Both the position numbers and the translations under genes were made by a program. The notes under the pieces are model-generated. The model searched no databases. It worked only from the letters and a program-made list of their open reading frames with translations, and had not been told where the DNA came from. Below, one piece after another: positions 51,901 to 64,000 of a DNA stretch of 64,000 bases. Source of the DNA: Ylistrum balloti (Eukaryota); NCBI RefSeq assembly GCF_031769215.1, contig NW_026782366.1, positions 310,001 through 374,000 on the forward strand, read 5' to 3'. Within the stretch, counting starts at the first letter, position 1. The number at the start of each line of letters is the position of its first letter.

Positions 51901-54408
51901 AAGAAATTCCAGGTGGCACCCACCATTGTATGATTCTCACTAGTTCATTTCTCTTATTCACCCTGATATAACTTGTTTGTTGTAGCCACAGTACTTGGTA
52001 TTTTTGGTACACTTAGGTTTGTGTATGATAACATAATGAACATCCCTGACATAACTTCAGAACAAATAAGATCATTTAAGACAGTAGTATCAGTGAAATT
52101 GTTGAATGCTCCATGAAAATTGTGCATTATGTTTAATCTAATGAAAAGATTTGCTACCATGTTTTACCACATTCTTCTGAACTTTCACAGTTAGATAGAA
52201 AAATTAATTCATCACTTTAATTACCTAAGGGCTATTATTGTCACAATTACTGTTTAATGATAACACAGATCAACATTTGAGAATTCTACAGTTGTTAAAC
52301 AGATTACCAACTAAAATATGAATGTTCTGTTGTGATTATCCCTTTCTGCTATTTGCAGATATTACAATGTTTCTGACAGACAATTAATTATATATCTAAA
52401 TATTCCCAATAATATGAGAAACGAAAGTATTGAAATCTGTGTCAATGATATCTGATAGGCAAGCTTTGAACCAGATGATAGCAAAATGCAATGCCCAAAA
52501 TGTTATCAGGTTTGGATTTCAAATACAATATTCAAAATGTTCATGCATGAAAGATTCCAAAGTAATTTTACACAACACAAGTACACAAGTTTGCCCAGTC
52601 TGATGTGCTGTGTCCACATTCTATTCAGGAGAAAATCTAATGGGTTTTACACAGACATACACATAATATCAATGCAATGTTTTTTTTAACTGAAAATACT
52701 GAACAATAATGAAAATATCATCACGAACTTAGTAATACAGATGATTAATAATGACATTTAATTAGAACTAAATCTGAAAAATCAGAATTCCTGCCAGCTC
52801 TTCAGAACAATATTCCAGTGTATTTTCCCCCCTTATATTTCTGCAACATGTCCTCTTCCCTGATGGAAAAGAATCAGACTATATGAAAAATGTAACCAAG
52901 TCAGCTGGAGCCAAGAAGACAGGTCAAATGAATGAGTGGTATTCAGTAATTTCTGAAGTTTGGTGTTAAACCATCTCAGCACTTGTCTGATAACTCTGTG
53001 ACCCATATTTTAAGGATTCCAGGTTACTATGCTAATAAAGAATCAGCTGTCAAAATACCCAAATGCTATGCTTTCAGAAGAATATGTGTACATTTTAATT
53101 AATAGGAAACATTTTTTGAAATAAAATGAAAAAAATACGAGTATTGGATGCAAGATTTGCTTCAGACTGACGTGCAGGTATCCACATATTGTTCAGGTGC
53201 AAATCTTATCTTTCATCATCAGCAAATCTTCAAATTCGAACAAGATACAATTGCATTATCTATAAATATTGATAGTAACTTCATTTTACAAACAGTATGT
53301 GACCTAATACTTACCTAGGACTTTGCTGGCCACACTGTCAGAATAACCCTTGATTCTTCGGCTGTCCTGCACACCTTTAAAGTGATCCAGGTCCTCTAGC
53401 AGACTTTCAGCGGTCTCTTTGGGTTGTGCCTTTCTAGTGGATCTCTGCCGAAGCAATACTGCTCTTCGTGAATGTTCTGCACAGTACCTGTAACCATCCA
53501 TTTTAGACCTTATTTATTAAGTCGTGTTAAATGAACATTCTACATGATAAACAAAATTCTGGAATGAACTCTTTCATGCTATATGATTCAATATTGCAAC
53601 GAGTTGTAATTATTCTAGAGGATATTTGCATGTTGAAATACAAACACACACACATTATCAAATTGGACAATACAAAACTTAACATCAACATATACCTATA
53701 AACATATAGAAACTTCATTATCAAAATTCATTATCAGACTTTCTTTTTCAACTTCCCATGAAATCATACAGGCACACTACACTGTCCCATATTTACAAGT
53801 GTTGATTTAACCTACCACCAACTGTACATTTATAAAACAAATATTAATTGTGGCTGTTGCAGGTTTGTTGTATATTTGCATCATAATTTTCCCCCCTATA
53901 TGAACAGTCACCCCACTGATTTATAATGGAATAATCTGATACATTACTAACACTACTAAAGCTAGTGCTAGGTATAAGAATAAATGTATACAGCAGTAGT
54001 GTTGCCCTGCTAAACGTAACAAATATTTAAACACATAGGTTAGAACTGACCAGTATGCCAGCATGTATAACTAACCTATCAAAGCTAAACTACTATTGCT
54101 TTGAAAATAATCTCTACAAATGTATCTTAAAATAATCCTCACAAGTCATCTGAATATTTCCAAGAGCCTTACCCATCTTTCCTATCAGCTTTTGGTGCTG
54201 CATTCAGACACCGTTTTCCATTTTTGCTTGAAATAAAAGCACACTGTTTGAATGGTGCATTTTTGTCTTCAAGAATGTGTCTGATGCAATAATCATAGCT
54301 ATCAATTCTGTTGTGCATACAAGTCCGATGAGTGTAATTACAGAAAACTCCTTCTACTGGCTGACGAAGGCGTCGCTGGCTTGGAAGTTGACTTTTGGAT
54401 TTCAGCAT
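45910..54408 (-). CDS. KANSL2: KAT8 regulatory NSL complex subunit 2, 8 coding exons
   Basis: Exons 54408-54173, 53487-53315, 49890-49776, 49443-49280, 47888-47797, 47675-47522, 47111-46957 and 46521-45910; phases join. Motifs [88 protein letters not shown]. Confidence 0.96.
47112..47521 (-). other. Putative U12-type (minor spliceosome) GT-AG intron of KANSL2
   Basis: Donor GTATCCTTG at 47521. ACTTGAC branch-like motif at 47128-47122, about 11 nt before the acceptor. No polypyrimidine tract. Confidence 0.75.
47898..48627. mobile_element. HINE-like element in a KANSL2 intron
   Basis: Begins AAACAAGAGGCCCAAGGGCCTTAAC..TCACCTGA, has CCCTGGGG core repeats and ends AGGAGGATGGCATAAAAAA. Confidence 0.7.
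50143..50209 (-). ncRNA. Box C/D snoRNA copy A (predicted guide for LSU rRNA A at the yeast Am876-equivalent site)
   Basis: Minus strand TGCC-A-GTGATGA...GATTTGCTC-CTGA (D')...ATGTGGA (C'-like)...GCACGTCAGG-CTGA-GGCA; canonical 4-bp terminal stem. Confidence 0.85.
50879..50945 (-). ncRNA. Box C/D snoRNA copy B
   Basis: TGCC-T-GTGATGA...CTGA...GCACGTCAGG-CTGA-GGCA; C box at 50940-50934, D box at 50886-50883. Confidence 0.85.
51800..51866 (-). ncRNA. Box C/D snoRNA copy C (identical to B)
   Basis: Same sequence as copy B; C box at 51861-51855, D box at 51807-51804. Confidence 0.85.
52592..52658 (-). pseudogene. Decayed snoRNA copy D
   Basis: Homologous spacing retained (GATTTTCTC-CTGA, ATGTGGACAC, GCACATCAGA), but box D is CTGG, box C is lost and the guide is mutated. 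Confidence 0.7.
53152..53230 (-). ncRNA. Box C/D snoRNA copy E (divergent, 10-bp terminal stem, two rRNA-complementary guides)
   Basis: AAGATTTGCT-G-ATGATGA...GATTTGCAC-CTGA...ATGTGGA...TGCACGTCAGT-CTGA-AGCAAATCTT. Confidence 0.9.
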
Positions 54409-55605
54409 TTTGTTTCAACTGACAAAAATAAAAGTATATTCCAATTGATAAAACATATAAGAAATAACAGAAAATATATCTTGTTGTTGACATGTGTTGG
54501 CTATCTAGGCAAGCCTTCATCAGAATGAAATTAATAAAATTTGTCCTTAGGTTAAACTTTTAACTCAGCCTTGATATCAACTGTATGTATAGAAATCATA
54601 AACACATCTCCAGATCAAGGCAGACAAGCATTCAGTCCTTAACATAACACAATAATTGTAAATCTTTATGCAAGCAGATATATCGAAGAGCTTGGAGTTA
54701 GCCCTTCACCAGCAGGGTAAACATAGTATTTCTCTTCTTCAATTGCTTGAATCCTCACAGTAGTCTAGTAGGAGTTTAATGTTGATGGCAAATGTGTACT
54801 TACCGTTTGGGTATCAATTTCCCCAATCACTATCATATAGTATATCACTATCAGTAATTATTCATCACAAAAGAAACTCTAGGTTCATGCTACTGCTGAG
54901 CTGACCAAGTTGTCAAACACAGCTTCAGTAAATGCAAAATACAAATGTAAGCATAAGTCTGAAATGAATAATTTCATTTCTTTACTATACTGTATAACAG
55001 GCATTGCATTATCTCATTTTTCTTCAAAATAACTTTTGGCAAGTCAGAGGTTAAAAAGCAACTGAGACGGAGTTTTTCATCATGGGATCCAGTAATTGTA
55101 GCAGCATGAAGCAACGAAAATTGACCAAAGATCTGTTGCTCCTATTTGCAACACTTGGGATCTCCCTTCTTCACCACTGATTTTAAAGGACAAAATATTT
55201 TATGACTAGAGAGCCTGGTTGGCATACATGAACAAATAGACATTTACAATAATTAATTTGATATGATATACAAGTAACTCTATATTCAATATTTTAATAT
55301 ACAGTATATGAACTGAGGTTTTAAATATAGTAGTAGTAAACAAATATTATCGGCTTAGTGTAAGATACTGTATATTTTTTGGAAAACATACGTGAAGATG
55401 GAGAAAGGTAATAAATATGTCTGTTTGATACTTATACGTACACTTTTCAAAAGTAAGAGAAAAGATACGAATAATATTCTTGAATAATACAACGCACTAT
55501 TTTTCTCGGCAATGCGCAATCGTAAACACCAGGCAGTGAATAGGTGTGTACTTTTCCTTGAAGTTGATCATGCTTTCAGACGATTTTCGAATCCTATTTA
55601 CTTAC

Positions 55606-56018
55606 TATTGCTAAAATAATGATGGAAAACGATAGCAAATGACTATTTGCATGTTTCAATATTGAAAACAAACAAAAATAGCAACAAAATTTGCTCAAAT
55701 ATACGTACATTAGTAACCACTTCTAGGCCTAGTCGACCACGCACATGTCACCAGTTTTCGTATAAATACACCCGCATTTCTAAATATCAGTATCAATTAT
55801 TGTATTTATACAGAAAGAATTCTGTTTTATAAAACAACAGCCTTAGAAAATTATGTTTTGAAGAAATATTCCACTAAATTCTGATATCTATACAGAGCTG
55901 AAATAAAGTTCATTAACAAAAATTATCTTAACAAATCATGTGCTTGTAAAATCTCCGCCCGAGCTATAATTTGAAAGTTGAGCATGCGCTCTTGCGGTAT
56001 TTCCTTGGTGCTGGGTAA
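55606..56018. promoter_or_regulatory. Probable bidirectional promoter between KANSL2 and cyclin T
   Basis: Minus-strand donor AG|GTAAGT at about 55605 suggests a KANSL2 non-coding first exon; cyclin T ATG at 56019. CpG-richer patch with CCGCCC and an NRF1-like GCGCATGCTC (minus strand) near 55980. Confidence 0.5.
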
Positions 56019-59000
56019 ATGGCGGGGGAGCGATGGATTTTCACCAATTCGCAACTTTTGGATACCCCCAGCCGAAAATGTGGGATAGATAACGACAAAG
56101 AACTGGCATACAGACAACAAGCTGCCAACCTGATCCAGGAAATGGGACAGAGCCTCATAGTGTATCCTGTTCAGGAGAAAGTTGGCAGTGAAGTGGTGTG
56201 GTCGAATCGTCACCGGTTTGGTCGCACCATTTTCTATTCTGTTGTGCTATGTTGTCTAAAATCGTTCTTAAACACATTTAACGAGTTCAAAGAAAGCCAA
56301 TTGAAAACCATTCATTAATTTCATGCAAATTAAAGAGCTAAAACACGAAATAGTGTGAATTATCATACATTTCTTTGATTTCCCCAATGCGTAATATAGT
56401 AGCCTAACTGATGACCTCATTTTCGTCAATGGATACCGGCGCATTGATTGTAAAATTTCCCATAGTAAAAGACCACGTGCTTCTCCGCTAATTATTACTA
56501 TAGCAGTTGACTGTGTTATCCAATATTGACATATTTTGGTGTATTTGTATAGGAATGTAAAATCCGCTCGCACATCAATAGTAGAAATCTGCATATTTTT
56601 TATATAAACTGAAATTCATGCACTTTGTTAAATTGATGCATTAATGTTCGGCCAAGATTGTTTAACTAGGGTCCACCCAGTAAGTAATTATGTGAATCTC
56701 GAAAAAGAACAGTTTTTTTCCTGTTTCACAATTTTCTGAACAAGTTGTCTTCTAGATCTGAAGCACAGCAACATGCCACATTTAATATGACAAACAGTAT
56801 ATTAAAACCTTAACCAGTACCAGAACCCAACTATGTATCAACACTGCCATCGTGTACATGCATCGGTTCTACATGTTCCACTCCTTCTCCAGGTTCCATC
56901 GCAATGTAAGTAACAAGAAAGTTACAGACCTCTGAGAAGTAATATAACCTTGTTAATATACATTATCTGATGTGTTTGATTTGGGAATATTAAAAAAATG
57001 TGGTTCAGAAATTGATTCTTCAAATCTTCACATGGCAAAGGGTATCCATCTTTCCAAAGATGCCTGTCAGTTTACATAATGTATCTGAATGTAAGGTTTC
57101 AAAATCCTGACATGACTTCTAGATTTCATATGGAGACTTAGAATCCACTTAGAATTGTTGAAATCTTTGCCAAATGGTTGATACTTTAAATAGGAAATTG
57201 CACAACTTGGTGAATTGGTTGAATCTCTTCTACTTTTAGATAAATGTAGTAAAATACCAGTTCCAAAATGATAAAAGGTTAACATTAATTAGAACCACCA
57301 AATATGATTATATTGATATGATTATCAGATTTTTTCCTCCATTATTTCAGTCCATGGCACCTGTTTGTCTGTTTCTTGCCGCAAAAGTAGAAGAGCAACC
57401 TAGAAAACTGGAACATGTTCTCAAACTAGTCCACAAGTCACTACACAAAGATGGCCCTTTTGATGCCAAAAGTGATGTAAGTAAACTGAAAAAGCTAAAC
57501 AGTGACCATTTTGGCACTGTCCATCCAATTTAATCATAATGGTGCTATGGTCAACCTTTTTCATCATTTGTTTCTTTGTCATTTTAAGAGACTTCATCAC
57601 AGTAAATCTAAAGAAATTGAATGCAGTTTACATCCTCAATTATGTCTTCATATATCTGTACTCATAATCAAAACTGAGTATCCAATTTGACTACTCAGAT
57701 TGTTTCCAAAACACTTACATAGCACTCATAATATATTGCTCATGACAAATTTCAGAGGCATTTATAGTTGATAGAAGTTATTTGCATCAACAGCAGTGAT
57801 CACAGCTATGTTGAACACTTTTTGCTTTGAAATGTAATTTTGTTTATTGAATATAGTTTATAATGGCAGTTTGCTTAAACTTAATTAAGTACAGGTTTGT
57901 CATTTTGCCGTCAATATTTTCCTTTTTGGTCTCCTTTACAACACAGACTTGCTTATCAGCTTTGAGTTAGCAGAGGATGGGGATGTTTCCTCATTCCTAC
58001 AGATATGGATTCACTATTTGAGATATTTCATGGTTTATACTGACTTCCTGTCCTAATCATTGGATTATTCTATGACTATTTTGGCGATTTCTGACTTTGT
58101 AGTGACTGTTTTTGTTTGCCACCACTTTCCACAGGACTCTTTATCGTTCATAGTACTTTAACAAATTCTATAATGCATGCATTGACAGTTCCTTCTTGAG
58201 CATTGTTGAGAAAGAAAAGTCGTCCTGTTATATCTTTACTTGACAAATGGGATTGCCATATATTGTTTAATCAAATATCAGTTTTTCAGGTTATTTCTTA
58301 GCAAATTTTGACCAAATTTTCCCATAAGGACCAGTGCTACATCTTTGAAAACAAATCACTCCACCGGGATGTTACTTTAATGATTTTAGGATGACAATTG
58401 TATTGAAGTTTTTTCTACTCTTTAACTTGTGTTTCAATGCAAAATTTTGATAATTAACTTTTTTTCTCTCTCTTAGTTATTTAAAGTTTCTGGCAAGTTT
58501 TGAACTGTGTGTTTTTCATCAGACTTTGAACATATATGTTTCCCAGGCTGTTATTATTTAACAATGATTCACATTCTTAATTGAGGATCTTTTCGAGGAA
58601 CTTTTCAGCTTGTTGATCATGATGCTACAGTTATGGAGTTGATTTAAATTTCTGACATATTTTAGGTTTTTTATTTGTTGTACCTCACATTCTATAGGAG
58701 ACTATATATGTGTTATACAAGCATTCTCTAGTTACAAATGTGTAAGGTGTTTTATAGCTGTTATACATTATGTTTGTTTGCTGTTAAAGTTTGACAAGTA
58801 AGAAATGAAAAAATTATGTTGATGTTAGATACTACTTTGCTTATGTACAGATCATATATGTATGTATTTCCAGGACTACCTTCAACAAGCACATGAACTG
58901 GTTGTGAATGAAAACATCCTTCTACAGACTTTGGGTAAGGACTTACTGGCTAAGTTATTGAGAATATTTTTTATGTACCCAGGAGGAAATGGCAGGGTAT

Positions 59001-62000
59001 AAGTTTGTACAATATGATCATGATCCTTTCTCCACCAAATCTAATTTCATTCTTTTTCATATGAATGTTTGCTATCAATAGAAAAAACATACAAAATTGT
59101 TTGTCACAATACGCAGTGTAAAAACTTCAATGTATTACTGTGTACATTTTCACTTAATTTAGCCTGTTTATCAATCTGACAAAAGCCACAGAGTTTATAA
59201 CCTGCAATAGTACCTCTGACTGAAACCTTGAGTCCTGGGATGGGATAGCTGTTTCACTGGAATAATGCTGAGTGAAAAGCCAAATTTGTTTAATAGAATG
59301 ATTTTTACTTTCCAGGGTTTGACCTGACTGTCGACCATCCCCACACCCATGTGGTCAAAACATGTCAGCTGGTTAGAGGTGAGTTTTGTGCTGAGTAGAC
59401 AACAGTAATAATGATAAAGTGTTGTCAACACACCTAATATGTACTTCTGTGTTTGAGTGTCATTTGTTTGTCATGCTTTTTTTTTTAATTTGATACTTTT
59501 AATATACAAAAAGATGCTACTCTTCTCGGCCTATGGTTTTTACTGTAACTGAGATTTTTACTGTAATTGATGAAATTATATTTTGATTGTTAACTCATCA
59601 AGAGTTGAAATTCTTAGCTTTATCGCAAAGTAACCTAGAAATACTAAATTGCACTTCCTTCAGAAAACATCCCTGAAATTTCAGAAGCTGAAAGTAGTCA
59701 TATTCAGATCATTGAGATTATTTTCATTAAAATGTTCTGATCAATTAAAAAAGACTGTATTCTTTGGATGTGTCATATTATTAGTCCTGTGTGCTAGTGA
59801 TGACCAGAGATACTGTCTGAATCATTAAGTCTACATGTGTGGCAACACTCCTTCTGTCCTTGATTTGATACTCTGAGCAATAGATATTGTAAGGGAAGTT
59901 TTCCTCCCAAACAAGGTTAATAAATATATTAATATTTCACATCATGCAATCTTTATGTATATCATATATTTTAACGCTATTCCTCTTTTCTAAATTCTAA
60001 ATTCTGACCAAAAGGGCTGTCTGAAATTTCTCCATTTCTCGAATTAGACTGAAAAAATCCAGCTTTTCCTCCTTGTGTAGTATTCTCCTAATTCTTGATC
60101 AGTTCATGCTATTGTGAGGGCAGAGTTGCATATTTAAGTGGGTTCTTGTGTATCACAGTACTCCATATATGATAATTGTCTGTTAGAATGATTAAGTGGC
60201 AAACATGTAATGTTCTGTTAACTTCTAATACTTAGCTTTGTCAGGTGGGAGGTCTTTGTGAAATGCTATAACAGAATTATTAGCACTTTGCTGGGGAAGT
60301 TTGGAGATGGTATGGAAATTTCTGCATTACAAAGTACATTTGTAAGAGCTCCCATAACATTATGAAGCTACATCTTCATTGCTTTGGATTGTTTTTCAGG
60401 CCAAGGTCACTGGCTAGAAATAGAAAATTAGTTTTTTCCTAATAATAACTATCCTTTGCCAAACCATCATACACTTAATTCAAAGTGCTTGCTTGGTGTT
60501 GCTTTTCAGGTTCAAAGCTCAGACAAGCTTGATTTTAAAAATATAGAAAAATCTCCAAAAATAACAAAAAAAGAATAAGTCGGTTAGGGAAAGAACCTGT
60601 CCACTATTGTGATGTTTCTTATTTGCACACAATTTTATGTGTAACATTTTCTTAACTTAAGAACAGTAATTAACTTAAGAACAGTAATTAACAGGTGACA
60701 TATTTTATACCATTACAGGTGTAGTTTAGAATGCCATATGGAATGCTGCTTTACATGGATTAAAAATCAAGAGTGGATGTATTTGTTAATTTATGTTGAT
60801 GTTTGAAATAAATGTTTGCGTTGTGATACCTAGCATTCACAGATATGTAACATGATATCTCCATTCAAATCTCTCTTGTGTGATGGATGAGCTCAGACAT
60901 TATTTAAATTTAATGATTTTTGACTTCCCTGACTCATTTATTCTTAATTTGTTATAAACTGTTTATATAACAAAAATTTGTTTTACAAAGTTCAAGTCTT
61001 CAAAATAACATTTGAGTATGTTACTTTTCAAATAGATGAGATATCTGTAGTCAGAAGTCATTAATCAGTAAATAGTTTGGGTGTAGGTTGGTCAACATGG
61101 TAATATGCAGGAATTAAGACTGGTGAGTTTAGAGTTTATTGAGAATTTTCTGATTATTAATGTCAGCAATTCCTATTCAAAGAAAAGGTTTCAAATGCAA
61201 ATAGACACTTGGTATCATGGTTTGCAGGATTTGGTAATTTTATGAAAACACTGGTAAACAAAATCAAAATAGTTCCCAATCAAGAAAATGTAAACCTTAC
61301 CTGGAGAAGATTTCAAGTGCATTTTAAATTTAGGGGTGTTGTTGCACAGGCTAATGGTGGCATATGTTTTCTTTCTCTCTGCCCCCACACTTGTGTTGCC
61401 TGTGACCTTGACCTTGTGCCCATCACCGCTGTGTGTCGACTCCGATGTGCCTATCACAGCCACCAAGGATCTCGCCCAGACGTCCTACTTCCTGGCAACA
61501 AACAGGTGCTCACATCAATGTCACTCACCTCTCTCCAGCAATATTTATATAACGGGTCTAAAACATTTTCTCTATGTAGCCAATATCGGCATTTTCACAT
61601 GTTCCTTCCAATGAGCAAAATGTTGGCAGTTCTGTTTATTGAAGAGAAAAACTATTAGAAGAAAATGTCAGATTTGGCTATGTAGTCTGAAAGTTTGAGT
61701 CCTGTAATTATTAAAGAAGGCAAAAAAAAAGTGAGAGAAACAAAATCATGGTTCATTTAATTTCTTGTACCAAGATGAATTTGTATTCTGTAAATTGTGA
61801 GTACTTCATTAAAGAAAAGTTGAGCTATGATTTACTTTTGAGAACAAGGTGGTGACTCATGTCCATTGTAGTGGACAATATCTTATTTGGAACTTTACCT
61901 CATCACCAAATTTATTTGAAAAAATATCATGATCATCTGTCTCATCATCTGAAAAGCACTCTAAATGTCTAAAATGAAAATGAACTCTTGCAAAGTATGC

Positions 62001-63344
62001 AGGCACTCAGACTTGAATGCATGTTGCATATTCAGAGAGATTTATTTCAAGATAAGATATTTTTTGTCTGAGATTGTGATATATTGATATTTATATACAT
62101 CAGTTAAATTGGATTTATCATAAAATGTTGAATTTTAAATATGAAGTGTTTAACTTTATAATATAAATGGAGAGGGAACATATTTGATGCATGCTTATAA
62201 TTGTTTGTATTTCAGATTCAATGCACGTATGACTGTGGCAAGCATATTGATGATTTCCTGTCTTTGAAGTATTCCCTCAATATTTCAATACTTAAATGTT
62301 AATCTTTCCATAAAGCTTCTTATTAAATTTGTGATAAATGTAATTGCAGCCTTCATTTGACTACCATGTGTCTGCAATACAAGCCAACAGTTGTAGCCTG
62401 TGCCTGTGTACATCTAGCCTGCAAGTGGTCCAGCTGGGAGGTAAAAACCTTCTCATCAGTTTAGAATATTATCTTGTAACCTTAAATGCAGCTATTCTAC
62501 AATAAGACAATATTGTCTGTCTGTCTGTCCATTTGTTTCTTTGTTACTGCACAATATCTCGTTCTGTTGGACCAGTTGCTCTTTAAACTCCTTCCTGTGC
62601 TTGCTTGCAATTGCTTTTAAGGTCAGGAAATCAAAGATCAAGGTAACTGTTACTGTCCGTACAGAATCCTTTACTGCACAATATCTCTCATTTCTGTTTA
62701 GCTGGTTTCACTCAGATTTAATCTGTAGCTTTTTCATAGGAAGAGCTTGCTTCAAGTTGCTTTTCATGTTAAGGGATCAAAGGTCAAGGTCACTATTACT
62801 ATAAATAACTGAAAACATGAAATAGATAATAGGTCAATTTAAGATATAGTGAAATTTGTAGTTAACTGATCCCCTATGGAAATGAGGCACCTATTTATGC
62901 AAACATGTTATTATGAACCAGAATGATTTGGGGGAGGCAGGGGGGAATGTGATTACTCTGATACCAATGTTGACATTCTGGTTCTTAACTGCTAAATAAT
63001 GTTGTCTCTGGATAATGTATCAAAAGATGATTTGATGATGCAGTAGGATATCAAAGATAATAAGAATCTCAACACACAATTAATTACTACTTTGTTTGCA
63101 GTTTTTGATGTCAATATGCAATATGTCATATATATTTTGTATTCAGCACTTCTGAATGGTTATTGTTTTATTGAGGTAACCTTCCAGCACATGCTGCACC
63201 ATTTTGAAATCACTATTAGTTTCATTTTGAAAAGAAACAATTTTAATTTTTGGATTTCTTTTGATTTAAAGATTCCTCGATCGAGCGAAGGCAAAGATTG
63301 GCACTGGTACCTGGACAAAAATGTAACGGTCAAATTACTCGAAG
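56019..63344 (+). CDS. CCNT: Cyclin T (P-TEFb subunit), first 8 exons; gene continues beyond the window
   Basis: Exons 56019-56161, 56824-56905, 57351-57476, 58874-58934, 59316-59378, 61460-61505, 62350-62440 and 63272-63344; phases join. Motifs [103 protein letters not shown]. Confidence 0.97.
56162..56823 (+). other. U12-type (minor spliceosome) intron 1 of cyclin T
   Basis: Donor GTATCCTG at 56162. Branch site CCTTAAC at 56808-56814, 10 nt before the CAG acceptor. No polypyrimidine tract. Confidence 0.88.
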
Positions 63345-64000
63345 GTAAAGAATTTAATCACAAATTTCTAGATTTTAGACACTTTTTTTACTTCAAGCAA
63401 ACCCACAGAATTTTATTTCCAAGTTAACACCAATCACATATACAATGCATTTTAGTGCTGTCCCAACCACCCACAAAGAAAAAAATTCATCTTGAAAAAT
63501 ACATTTTAAACTTTTCTTCAAGTAGATGCAATTGAGCTGAAAATTAATGAGGATGTTAAGGAACAGACACCAACAACAAGATTATTTTTTGAGAACCTAG
63601 TCAAAAAGTTCAATATGAAGACCTTTTTGTATCATGATTATGCAAATTTTTGTAACTGTTTTGATAATTTGATAACTTCTCCTACTGCTATTGTTGGTGT
63701 TATGTCATATATAGGTGTTTATAGTCCATGGGCCTCTTGCTTATTTTATGGTGTCACAAAAACTTTCATAAACTTGAACTTCTATATTCCTTATGAACTA
63801 TTCACAGTGATATATTGGTACAAGCTTATGCTTTCCATGCATTTGTATCCCACCATCATCAGATGGTTGTCTGTTCAAATAACAATTTGTCAGTTGTCAT
63901 AATGTCTTTATCCATTGTTAAAACAATCCTTGTTATTGCTTTTTCTTCGGAAGCACTGTATGGACATTTCTTTATATAGATATCTCTTAGATTTTGTATG

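Larger units (their letters stand above)
50520..52120. repeat. Recent tandem segmental duplication (period about 920 bp) inside a KANSL2 intron
   Basis: Block about 50520-51200 recurs at about 51270-52120 (e.g. 50881 vs 51802), with extra short internal duplications at 51510-51690. Confidence 0.9.

Noticed and set aside
52880-53000. Hairpin-ANANNA-hairpin-ACA-like segment on the minus strand
   Set aside because: Pocket-to-box spacing is too short, the 3' hairpin is weak and no target was found.
55030-55090. ATGATGA...CTGA on the minus strand upstream of the KANSL2 ATG
   Set aside because: Only about 40 nt box to box, with no terminal stem or recognisable guide.
59792-59879. Possible C/D snoRNA in a cyclin T intron (GTGATGA, CTGA, CTGA)
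   Set aside because: The terminal stem is out of k-turn register and I found no convincing rRNA or snRNA complementarity (only about 7 nt to U2). Could be rechecked with snoscan.

Overview
AT-rich, intron-rich animal genomic DNA, most likely a bivalve mollusc such as an oyster (inferred from HINE/CvA-type non-autonomous repeats). Five spliced protein genes were reconstructed exon by exon with consistent splice phases: aspartyl aminopeptidase DNPEP (-, 9757-23270), head-to-head with nuclear envelope protein NEMP (+, 23402-31212); RNase Z short form ELAC1 (+, 36394-43784); KANSL2 (-, 45910-54408), head-to-head with cyclin T (+, 56019 to beyond the window). The left 8 kb holds decayed transposons: a FLYWCH/MULE (Phantom-like) DNA transposon, a HERO-like non-LTR element and a Penelope-like element. 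The main unannotated signal is a cluster of five box C/D snoRNA copies (four intact-looking, one decayed) in a single KANSL2 intron, with guides complementary to the LSU rRNA segment CUGACGUGCAAAUC (the yeast Am876/snR72 site). Other notable points are U12-type introns in both KANSL2 and cyclin T, KANSL2-cyclin T adjacency shared with human, two intronic minisatellites grown from exon/splice-donor junctions, and two MITEs with clean target-site duplications. All calls are by eye; no searches were run.
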